Shown here: positions 39,134 to 50,690 of the stretch, one piece after another
Numbering within the stretch: position 1 is the stretch's first letter
Layout of the letters: the number at the start of each line of letters is the position of its first letter
From: Gonapodya sp. JEL0774
Taxonomy: Eukaryota
Assembly (NCBI GenBank): GCA_027604505.1
Contig: JADIIX010000132.1
Coordinates: 1 to 64,000, forward strand
Reading direction: 5' to 3'
DNA: 64,000 nucleotides
Translations under genes and position numbers: made by a program
The notes under the pieces: model-generated
What the model was told of the DNA's origin: nothing
What the model saw: the letters and a program-made list of their open reading frames with translations, nothing else
Databases searched by the model: none

Positions 39134-42100
39134 TTACGTCATCTGGGAACCATCAAAAAAGATGTCCAGCCCCGAAAGCAGACTGTCCCTCGCAACTTCT
39201 GCAAAATTGAATTCAGGTGGAGATTGATGCACACCGCTACCACCAACTGGAGTTCCATCCTTCTCCAACTGAACAAAAGAACCCGTCAGTGTAATGACAT
39301 TCGCACTTGCAGGAAAGCAAAAGGTACCCACCACGCTGGTTCTTTCTTGAACAGCTTCTGCAAAAGAGAACATTCCGCGACCTCCCAAATCCCAGTGACC
39401 CGACGCAACATCACCGTCACCTTCCAGCACACCAGCGGCCTCCTTAAGGAACATTGAAAAGAAACCGAACCTCAGCCTTCCTTGGGTAGATATCCGATCA
39501 AGACACAGTGCTGAAACGAGTACATCCGTCAAAAGGATGAATCCGCACACACACAAAAACCGCGCTGTATTCCATACCGTACAGCCTAATCCGTGCGCGA
39601 AGGTCATCCTCCAGCTCACCGCTGCCTTTGAGCTTTTTAAGCAACGTGACGTGGACAAACGCTGACATAAGAACACAAGTGCCCAGAGACGGAAGGCTGA
39701 AAGGGGAAAACTTCTCAAACACTGATGATTGTACGGCGTGATCGATAGCGCGCTGAGAAAGGTAATTCATCCAGAATTGTCGAGAGCCAAATTCACAGGT
39801 GCAAATCTCACACTAATATGCTCTGCATGCTGAGGGTTTGTAGAAGGGTCGCACATTTTCAAATAATTTACATATCAACACATATCAAGATTGCACAGAC
39901 GAACCTCAGCACAAACAAGAAAACTTGAAGACAGAAGCCAATCGGTGTCGGTCATCATCGACCGAAGATCCCAAGGGCCATGCAATAAAATCTTTATTGT
40001 GTGCCTTAATAGCACGTCTCATCATATAGGCTCTGCAGGGTGAAAAGTAGCGGCGCTCACCACAGTACAAACAGATGCCAGACCCTTGCATCCAACACTT
40101 TCGATGGTGATTGAGGGTCGGATGCCATAATTTGGAACGCCCGGATATTAGGAGGGAGAGCATTAATCCTGAAGCGTAATCAAGATTTGAAAGTTACAGA
40201 GTGTATCGCCCACTTTTCTGGCTAACCTACCAGTTATCAAGCTCTTTGTCCAGTTTATTCTTCCCCTCCTCATCGGATTCTCGACGACAATGCCGCACAA
40301 TAACCCGCCCATACAGGATGTTGAGAATAACTAGGAGTGCACTTGATCCGATAAAAGGTAATCCGAAAAGTCGGATGAGCTCCTGCGGATTATCCAAAGC
40401 CGCGATCGCAGTGCGAGCGGGCAGTGAAACAGGCCGGGAGAGTGTTGGGTCGCTGGACTCCCAGAGGGCATCCAGGCAAGGAAGATCGAGGTACATAAGA
40501 TCGGACTCTGATATGAGTGGTTCCGAGTTGAAACCGGCACTCATCACACGATCAGTCTTTGCCATGATGATTTATACCGGTGAAAATCGGCACCCAACTC
40601 GAGCACAGTCAAACTACTCACTGTAAGCAGGTGCCACCTTTTCTCAAATAGCAAAGTCATATTTCAATAGGATGTATTGGACTGAAGTGCTTTGATTCCT
40701 CTTACCAAATGCGCCGGTGCTCTTCCGACCGTATCCAGGCACCTGTGTCTTCATTAGCTGATTCCCTATTAAGATCGATCTCTTTCGCGATCGCAACAAT
40801 GACGGAAAACGAACGAAGGTATCGATTTAACGATTTGGATTTGGTCAAACTCTCTCTCAAAAAAAGAGAAGAAAAAGATGCTTGGTAACAAGAATGTTGA
40901 AGTGACATTTCGCCCGATAAATTCGAAGATAGCAATGAGAAACGACTGGATATCTCTCACTCACCCATCAAAATTGCCATCAAATCGAATGGCGTTGCCT
41001 CACGATCACCTGTCAAAATAGGATCCAGCAGCAGTTTCACATGTTGACTGATTTCGCCTGTCTGTATTTCGGGAGATTTCTGCGGTGTGGTTCCCCAAGG
41101 GTGCACTGATACCGTACACCCAAAGAGATATCTGAAGTGTAAACAGCACATGATTTCAACACGGAAACAAAGCTGTGCTGTCATCAAGTGAATTTATGGG
41201 CGACATACTCACGCAGCAAGGAGAAACGATTGAGGATAAAGAAAAGGATCTCGGAAAAAGGAGGGCTTATGGATTACGTTACCATGCTGTGATGCTGCCC
41301 AAACATGAAGACAGCCAATTAAGGCTTCCGGAGGGGGCAAATCTGGTAAGGATTGTCCGTTTTGCAAAATGGAGGTCTCAATAGCCGGAACGGGATACGA
41401 TCGAGACAGCGTGAGGTACGAAGAAGACGCCCAATCGTGTTGTCGGGAAGGAAAATCGTGCGTTAGTTGGGAGCGCGGGGGAGGCTCTGGAACAGAAACA
41501 TCGAAGTTGATTCTCGCGGGGCTGGGATATGACGGAAAGGTGATATCTTCCATCTGCATCCGTGGCGAGATCCACCTAGAACCAACTGAGTGGACTGAGG
41601 CCCTGTCCTTGCCAGAGGTAGTGCGTCTTCGTGGCTGATGGTTGAACTCCAAACCCCTTTCCTCGGTCGATTCCTCTTCGTCTTCTTCCGAGTCGCCAGT
41701 TCCTTCGACAATTCCTTTGCCGTACATTCGGGTCAGGTCTGCAGCTGAGACACCTTTGCTTTGAACGAGCTCTTCCAGCGCCTAAGCCAAGACGGCACGT
41801 GGAATCCAAAAACCACGGGAAAAGATCCAGAATAGAGCCAAAGATTAAGACGATATAAAAGCAGAACCGTTGGCAACAAGGTATTGAAGGATCTTCCGTA
41901 CCAAACCGTGTCAAACGCACTTTCAACCTTTTGTGGACGCTCATGACCGAACCTTGGTAAGAAACGAACAATTTTGAGTACAGAGCACATCACGTCAACG
42001 TAACCGCAGGAAAACAACGCAATATACCTTTTGCGGGTCCTCGCTTCTTGAAATCCCTGGAAGGTGGAACATATACGGGCGTTCACGAAAGGTAAAAAAG

Positions 42101-42479
42101 GAAGTTTCGAATATAACTTACCGATTGTAAGTGCATGACAGTCGCTTTTTGGCACATCTTTCACATGGGGTACCACCAGAACACCGAGCGCGCCGGTGAG
42201 AGCACTACATTTCAGTGCAAAATGTCGCTATGGATCTCATTGACACCAAAAACTTCTGAAGCTTACAGCATCGCATGCTTTGGAAACCCTCTGCCTGCCT
42301 TCTAGTTGCTCCGCAGCGAGAAGTAAGTCGCCCGGGTCGTACTTGGAGCTTCCACTCAATTGAGCTATTGGCGCCGACTGAGAGAGGAACGGGGGTTGAT
42401 TGTAGCCGCTCGAACGATAATCTCCTCCGAATGACCCATTCTCCAGTCGCTGTGATGGCTCGAGGTTTTGATGGTACAT
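39134..42479 (-). CDS. Zn2Cys6 fungal transcription factor (paralog B)
   Basis: Spliced CDA-CSHRRARCSGGTPCERCAKKRLSC, middle region IHKPSF..AKEIDLNRE..WIRSEEHRRIW..DR, and a C-terminus ending DGSQMT*. Confidence 0.88.
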
Positions 42480-42597
42480 GATTTGATGCCGATGCCAAGA
42501 GCTGACCTCTTGGTGCACCCACTCTTCGAAACACTCTGTTACAGTGATTTGTTTACAAATGGAAACCCATCGACATGTTTGTCTAAACAAAAAATTA

Positions 42598-45500
42598 TTA
42601 CAGGAATTCAAAACCTGGAATGCCGGCATTCAGTCCGTTCATCACCGTCCCATCCAGCAAGTCGACATTTGGAGAGAAGATGTACGAAGCTGATGAGCTT
42701 CCGAGCTGATCCCGCTCCTCCTCCACCTGCATGGTAACATATCTTTCAGAAAACTCCTAGGAATTTTAATCTCGCTGGGCTCACCTTCTCTTGTGCCAGC
42801 TCGGCGAGGGAAAAGAGACCCCGACCACCAGATTCCCAGTTGGCCGTAGATCGCACTTCCGCCCCAGAATCTGTTGCACCGATCGCCTGTCGCAAGACAG
42901 CGGCGACGCTCGTCACGGGGCGCCACCTTGAGCCAATCTGATCGAGGCATTGAACTGTGATTGCCAACCAACAAATTCAGAGTAATCTATCAGTATGATG
43001 GCTTGGCAAGCGAGTTCAAAAGCAAGACATACTATACATCATTATACGCCGGCGGAGGTCGTCCTCTAGCTCTCCTGTCCCCTTCAGCTTCCTTAGCAAA
43101 GTAATGTGCACAAATGCGGCCATGAGAATGCAAAGTCCCAGGTACGGTGGTAAGAAGTCAGGAGCGACAGAGCTTTTCATGATGAATTCGAGGGTGCGCT
43201 AATTCGACGAGGAAGTCAAAACTGCCGTCAGCTATGCAACATGACATACCGCGTGTACGTTCTGCTGCTCACACTTATATGTTCCGCATGCTGAAAATGG
43301 AATAAAAGATTGCAGAAAAGGTCTCATCACCTTGCGCATTAACAAACCTGAAAGACACACACCTCGGCGCACACCAAAAAATCTGGCGAGAGGAGCCAGT
43401 TGGTATCTCTTGCCATAGTCTGAATATCCCATGGTCCATGGAGAAGTATTTTAAGGGTGTGCCTGCCCAGAACAGACAAAGTTCAACGAAACAAGCACTC
43501 TTTACTAATTCTGATCACCGACAGTATTAATATCTCATTCAAGTCTCACCACAGAATGAAAACAAACGAAATTCTCGAGTCGAGAATGCGTCCCGATGGA
43601 AGGGGCTCGTGTGGACTGATACGCAGTTCTCGTATACGGGCGGGGAGGGACGCCATCCTAGAGTGTGACACAGCAATTGTAAACAACGGACTCTCAGACC
43701 AACGACCTCAGTCATCAATCCATTGTGCGCTCACCAATTTTCCAGCTCTGCATCCAAAACTCTCTTGCCTGTCTCATCCACCCGACGCAAACAGTGCCTA
43801 ACTATAATTCTTCCGAAAATGACATTCAGTAAAGCCATATACGCCCCTGGGCCTGCCGCAGAAGATCCCATAAGGGTCACCAGGGTGTCCCGGTCATCCA
43901 GGGCCGACATCGCGCGTCGGATTGGGATGTTGGTAGGCCGATCTAAGGTGGTGTCTTCGGATTCCCACATAGCGTCAAGACATGGCAGGTCGCATTGGAT
44001 TTCAGACTCGGGAATGAGGGGTTCGGAGTTGAAGGCCGCGCATAGGACACGGTCGACCTGGTTGGTGCGCAGAGTAAACCGAAAACTTATTGTAGATCAC
44101 CAACTCAGACAGAAACAAAACAATTCAATGCTGCACTCACCATTACCAAATGCCAAAACACTCTTCTCCGATGTTCTCTAGTGATCCATCCCTGGTCATT
44201 CGTCACCTGCGACTCCCTATTTAATCCAATTTCCTTCGCCATAGCTACACCGAAACTGAGGAACCGGAACGCGAAGCTCATGGCCCCTGAGGTTGATCCA
44301 TTCCACATTCCTATTCCGAGATAGAAAGATTCAACACCTGTGATCAGTCTAAAGGTCTCAGATACGGATTAAGAGGCAAGACACTCACCGGCATTCACAA
44401 CAGCCAGCACATCGTACACAGTCGGAGTTTGCAAGCCCACCAGCACAGGTATAAGCAACCGCATGGCGTGATCGTAAAAAATTTGTCCACAGATGTCAGG
44501 TGTCATCGATGGTGGATTGTTGATATAGGGGTGGTTGCTGAGTTTGGCTGCGAAAGTGTACCTAGAGTGGGCATTCACCCGTCATAGCGATGTCCAGGAG
44601 AAAGAAGCAATACACGAGGTATGTGTATGGTGAGAACAAAGTGAACGAAATGCTCTAGGTGCCTCGGGGAATACTGTTCCAGCCCAAAACGGCTAATCTC
44701 GAATTCGGTTACCCACATTGACAGCAAGAACTGGGGAGGGAATGAAAATGGATTCCTCATGAAGCTCGGTTTGTGCACCGTGTTCGCAAACGGCAATATT
44801 TGATGTGCCCATGTCCTCACTAAGTCGCTGAGAACCTCTTGCGGTGGCAAAGGCTGAAGCATCGGGAGCGGTAAAGGCGTGGGGTTCGACGCAGCGTATG
44901 GGGGCGCGAGATGTCCCGATGGCGTTCCGAGGATCGCGGAGTAGGAGAAGGGGGACATACCACCCGCACTATTACTCCCACTTGCCACAATTCCCATGTC
45001 TACCGAAGAACTTCCTGATGCCTGTGCGGCTACAAGGGTTTTAACCATCCCGTCATTGTGCTTTCTGCTCCGTGGATGGGCGACGGGCTTCGGACTTTGC
45101 CTAATTTCGTGTTGGTTTTCAAGGCTACCCCCTCCTGACCCATCGGATCCGTCGTCTGAGCCACCATCGTCATCTTCGTCGCCCGCCATGTCAATGGGGT
45201 CGAGGCCAAGGCGAGTGAGCGCTTCGGGTGAAACACCTTTCGCGAGGACAAGTTCTTCAAGAGCCTAGGAAATGGAGTAAAAGTGAATGGGAGGACCATG
45301 AGTATCGCGGCGTTAACAGCGACATACGCCAACCTCCTTACTGACGCACTTTGAGCCGTTTGTGGACACTCATGACCGAGCCTTCACCGATGCACATGAA
45401 ACAGTGAGAAATAATTGTATGAGTACAAGTGTCCTGCCTGTAACACAACTGACGTCATTCACCTTTTGCTGGCCCTCTCTTTTTAGAAGACCTTATGGAG

Positions 45501-46109
45501 CATATGAGGCATTTTGAGGTTGGGGTTGAGGGAACAATCAGGAAATTGGTGTTGTTTCGAGCATAATTGGGCCCAGCAGTTTTAGAGTGGGTGAGACAGT
45601 TAAAAGTAAAGGGACTCCGGTGATTTGAACCTGACGACTGACCTATCGAACGTGCAAACCATGTTTTTTGCGGCGCATCGGTCGCATGGATGAGAGCCAG
45701 AGCATTTTGCACGGCGTTTGCTGGTGGGGGATATAATAATGAGAGTTGGTCATTCAACGCAATCAACCGATCTGTTCAACTCAGACACCTGATGGACAGG
45801 AATATTGATTCCAGTCCTTGGCCAGTATATCCGATCAACTCACGAGCAGGCATCGCAAGCTTTTGATACCCTCACACGGTCTTTACTTGTATCGGAGCCC
45901 GTGGAAGTTTGGACATGCTCTGCGGCAGTGAGCAGCGCCCCCACAGAGGGGGGAGGAAAGACCTGTCCATTTGCAGACGTGGCATAGAAGGGCTGCATCG
46001 TTCCCTCGCTGGCGGCGATGACTGTGACGGCTGGTAGAAGTCGATCACGCGTCGTGCTGATTTGGTTGATCCGATTTCCGAACCTTTCCTCTGTGTGGCG
46101 GAGCTGCAT
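42598..46109 (-). CDS. Zn2Cys6 fungal transcription factor (paralog A)
   Basis: Spliced CDACS-KRRAKCSGSHPCDRCAAKNMVC, KKRGPAKG and VHKPSF..AKEIGLNRE..WITREHRRRVFW. It is colinear with paralog B. The start codon is uncertain. Confidence 0.9.
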
Positions 46110-47223
46110 ACCAGCGGCCCCGAACACCCCAAAAGAATTGGGTGTCAATCAAAAATTCCTCTCAGTTATTATCTCATTGTCTAAAAAAATTATATACTTC
46201 AAAATTGAGTTTTCCGACATATCTTAGTTAGATCCGTTGTGCGGGTGCAAGTTTGCAAATATACAAATTCCGTAATCGAAAACGAAGAACGCGAATTTTG
46301 GGTGCTTAGTGGATTTCTTGTAGGTAGATTTGGTTTCCCGATATGGATGACACCAGATTTCCCGAACAGGTGCTGGACCACGAACCGCAAACACGAAATG
46401 CAGGTGGCAGCATTCATTGGCATAAGCCCCTCCCGATAACGATAACGGGGCCGCACCACAATGAGTGTTGAAGCGCTTGGATTCCAACCGGGCGTCACCG
46501 GGCTTGGGTCGTTGGACATTAATGTGGATGGCGCACGCAGAGGATTCGGAGTTGGAGGGGGGCCTAAATCTCGAAGCAAAGCGTTAGGATCAGGTTCGTT
46601 TGTCCAAGACCGCGTGCTCTCTCCACTCTTTGTATTCCTTGCGTATCTACAGCGCAAGGCAGGACCTCACGGGATGTCGCGGGACACAGGGAGTTACACA
46701 TGGGGCGGTTTGGTTTTGGGTCAACTTGACCGATCGCGATTAGCGAAAATTTCACCCGAGCGTTAATCATGGGACAACAAAATACCGCTACACTGTGCGT
46801 GTATTGTGCTGCCAAGCGATCATCGAAGCAGTGGCTGGTGATGGTGTCGTCGGACCGCCAAGCTCGCAAGAGTACAAAGGAACACTCACCCTGCACAACG
46901 CCCGCTCCGCTCTCCATCTGAACGTACTAATAGCCCGCCAAATTTTTGCCTTTGCTTTTGTTGAACTGCCCCCGCTAGACGGGTCCTCGCCACCTTCTCC
47001 GCGGTCTCCAGCCACATCTCACAGAGGCCTTCCCGACCTTCCTTCGAATTCAACTGAATCCACCTCCTTCCAATCCCGCCTACCTTACCTCTCAAATTCA
47101 ACAGCTCCACATCCACCTCCCGTATTACAGGCCGAGCACTCGCGATTCCACTCCAACCCCAAGGTCTCTCCTTCCCCGGCAGAATCCTTCACATCCTCTT
47201 CCCGAGTTTCAGCCGCCTTGTCC

Positions 47224-50200
47224 ATGTCAAAAGTGTCCACGCTTGACGTCTTACCACCAACCTTATCCCCTGGGGTTTCGCCTGGCAAACTTGATGCAGA
47301 AGACGTGTTCGCAGTGATTGACCTTCCTCCAAATCACAAACCGCCGCACGTTCCCGACCATGTTGGCCACACTCCTTCACAGCAACCCTTTCAAGAGTCG
47401 CACCAACTTCCTCCACCGGTTGCCTACTCATTACCGATGAACGCGGAGAGTCAGACGAGAACCAAAACCACGGCTTTGGGTGACGTGCAACCGACACCCA
47501 CTCTTCCCCACCACTCATTGAATGCTTTGCCTACGCCAAATGACCTGGTAAGTCTAATCTTTTACCCGTGGTACCTCTGTTCCCTTCCCTGAATCCCATC
47601 TACTCTCAATGTGCAACCCGAACCAAACGTGTCAAAGCTGCCCCTCTCGCAAGCCCAACTCCCCACATCTCCGTCGTCTCCTCAGCTCTCTCCCCTCTCT
47701 AGCCCGTCAAAGGATCGTTCCTCAGCCCGATTCTCGTTTTCCCCGCCAGCCACGTCTTCCTCTCCGAGTCGTTCCGAATTTTCTCCGGTCATCGGCCGAA
47801 ACCACCCTGTTACTTTCACTCAATCCATCATTACCTCCCCAAATGCTCTATCATCCCCCACTCCGTCTGTTTCGCTCATCCGGCGCCCTTCTGGAAACAA
47901 CAGGGATGCGTCGTTCTTGACATCCCCTCCCATTTCGCCCACTGCGCCATCCTCTCCAGGCCTGTTCCCGAACCTCGTTGCGTCCCCGACGGGCGTGCAA
48001 GCCCCTGTGGGAAGTCAGATTCGTTTGGAGACTGTCTCCTTGTTTCTCACTTCCCGAAGACGGACTCAAAAGGCGCGGGCCAAATTGCTCAGGCAGAAGT
48101 CGCTCAAGAAGCAGCGTAAGCCTCCTGGGAAGGAAACGATAATGGCAGAGGGCACGGTGGGGTGGTACATGCTCATGGGTATCAAAGAAGGTGCCCGTAG
48201 AAACGCTTTTGACTTGCCGGACCCGTCCATGTCTGGCTCCGCAATCTCTTCAGCCCCTGTACCGAGTCAGCCCAACCAACCTCGTCCTCTCGCTGCAGAT
48301 GATTTTGCCTCGTTCAACAAGTATGCTATCGATGACGATCCCGATTTGGGCGAGGTTGTACACGAGTACGAGTGGAAAGAGGACGGGCAGCGAAAGACCT
48401 CCCAAGGTGTCGGTGGAGATAAGGGAGCTCAAAGAGAGAGGGCCAGTTATGATGCGGGAGTAGATTCAGGAATGAATGGTGGTGTGGGTGTGGGTGGATC
48501 TGGTCGACCGCTGCCTGGTTCCTCACAGTCTTCGACCGGCGTGAGCGCGTCGTCGGTGGTGCCCGAGGGACCATTGTCGCGTGGTGCGCGCCAGTCTAGT
48601 ATGAGTCTGTCTGGGGCGCCTGTACCGGCACCTATTAACGTCGTTAAACAAAACCCATCTACGACAGGGAGTGGCAGGAAACCGGTCACGGGTATGGTGC
48701 GGTCGGCGACAGGGAAGAACTATGATTTTAAGTTCAAAGACTACGCACCGAGGGTTTTTGCGGACATCAGGAGGAGAAGCGGCGTGACAGTCGAAGAATA
48801 TCTGGTGGGTGTTTGTTGCTTGGACTGGTTGTGGAATGCTGATCGTTCAAGAATAAACCATGCTATACTCTACCACTTTTGCAGTCTTCTCTCACCACGC
48901 CGTCCACATCTGGCCAGATGCGCCTGTGGGAGTCGGGGTCCGCCGGGAAGTCGGGATCCTTTTTCTTCTTCACAGAAGACGGCAAGTACATAATTAAAAC
49001 AATTCATCATTCGGAACACAAAGTGTTTTGGATGGGATTGCGAAACTACTATGAGGTGGGTTCTGACAGGTATTCCCTGCCGATGTTGGTGATGCTAACA
49101 AGACCCTGCTCATCTCGTCTATCTCACTGCTTCATAGCATATAATCGCCAACCCTCACTCTCTCATTAACCGTCTCTTTGGCCTCCACCGCGTAAAATTG
49201 CCACGATCTAAAAAAGTGCATTTCGTCGTGATGGAAAATGTGCTCCCCCTGACCAGGGATATTGAGGAGATGTATGACCTCAAGGTGGGTTTTTGTCTTC
49301 ACTCAATGCTCCTCGTGTTTCGGTAATAGATTTGGTGATGTGATTTACCGTTCTTGTTCCATCGTTCCCTTTCTTTAGGGTTCCACTTTTGGCCGTGAGA
49401 CTCCTCAGGCAGTTCTTGAAGAAACCCCGCGGTCAGTGCAAAAGGACAAGAACTGGCAGGACAACGGGCGCGAGTTGTATCTCAATGCTGAGAAGAGGGA
49501 GATTCTCATGGGCCAGATGACTAGGGATGTGAGGGTAAGTAGAACCCCAATATGGTAAAGATGGGGCAGATTGAGACTGATTACTATGTTCAACTCTCGC
49601 TGATTTTAATACGCATTGCCTTTTCAGTATCTTGCATCCGCTGGCATTATGGACTACTCCCTGCTTGTCGGTATTTCTCGCAAGCAAGATCGATGGGGTT
49701 TCATCAGAAGGCTTTGCGAAGAGGGGCACCTCCGTGAGGGTGCTGTGCCCGAGGAATACCCCATGGACAGGTAGGTTTTCCATGTATTTTGTTGTTCGTT
49801 CATTTGGGGAGCTCATGAGACCTTTCCTCACCCAACACGCCATCTAGCGGTCGTTCCTCTAGTCGATTGCTGAATACGCAGATTGCAATGAACTCTCTGT
49901 TCCGCTCCGATTTCTGCGACGGGTATCGGTCCGCGCGCTCGGACAGTAATGTTTTGCCACCATATGTTTACCATCTCGGGATCATCGACATTTTCACCCG
50001 CTATGATGCCTTCAAATCACTGGAGCACGCTTTAAAGAGTCTGTATCAAAGCGCAACAACGATCTCGGCTGTAAATCCACGGTTTTATGGCCGCAGATTC
50101 GTGGAGTTTATGGGACGGGAGGTTTGCGGCGGTGACCCTGCGGATGTGCGGCGTTGGATTGCTGCCTACGAGGGGAAGGGCAAGGAAGTGGATGTAGATG

Positions 50201-50349
50201 GCCTCGTTGCCGAATACCTGAAGGCGAAGAAGCGGCGAATGCTGTGGGTGGAAAAGGAGAGAGAGACTCGGCGAGGCGCCGGATCGAACGCCTCTGGAAG
50301 GGGAGGCGACAAGACCAAGTCGGTGCTCCCATCTAGTCCTAATCGTTAA
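47224..50349 (+). CDS. Phosphatidylinositol-4-phosphate 5-kinase (Mss4/Its3-like)
   Basis: YDFKFKDYAPRVF, GSAGKSGSFFFFTEDGKYIIKTIHHSEH, FGLHRVK..VHFVVMEN, YDLK-GST, MDYSLLVG, YHLGIIDIFTRY and ISAVNPRFYGRRF. The start is uncertain. Confidence 0.93.
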
Positions 50350-50690
50350 GTAGGGTTGGCAGAAGTGGGAGAGGATGGAAGGGAGGGCAGTTGATCGAAT
50401 GTGCACCGTCACGTCCGAATCCATTCTGAGACAGCGAAGGTCTCGGTAATACTGACATTCTTTGAAATTGACTTACTGAAGTTTTGGCCGTAGCTTTTGT
50501 ACACGCAACAGCAATTTCATGCGAAGGTAGAATAGTTACTAGGTTGATTTGTTAAATCTGTTGCGAGGTCAGACACAACTGACTGAAATGACATTACATA
50601 GACTCGTGGTGAAAGTGCTTATTGGATCGGGCGTTCACTTTTGTTCCCCACAGTTCTACACATGACCGATTTTTACAATCCCGTTCATCG

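Noticed and set aside
39134..39770. Separate gene or N-terminal extension of MBD4
   Set aside because: The exons align with the C-terminus of TF paralog A (LL.KLKG.GELEDDLR, GGRG.FS.AE), so they are the 3' end of TF-B.
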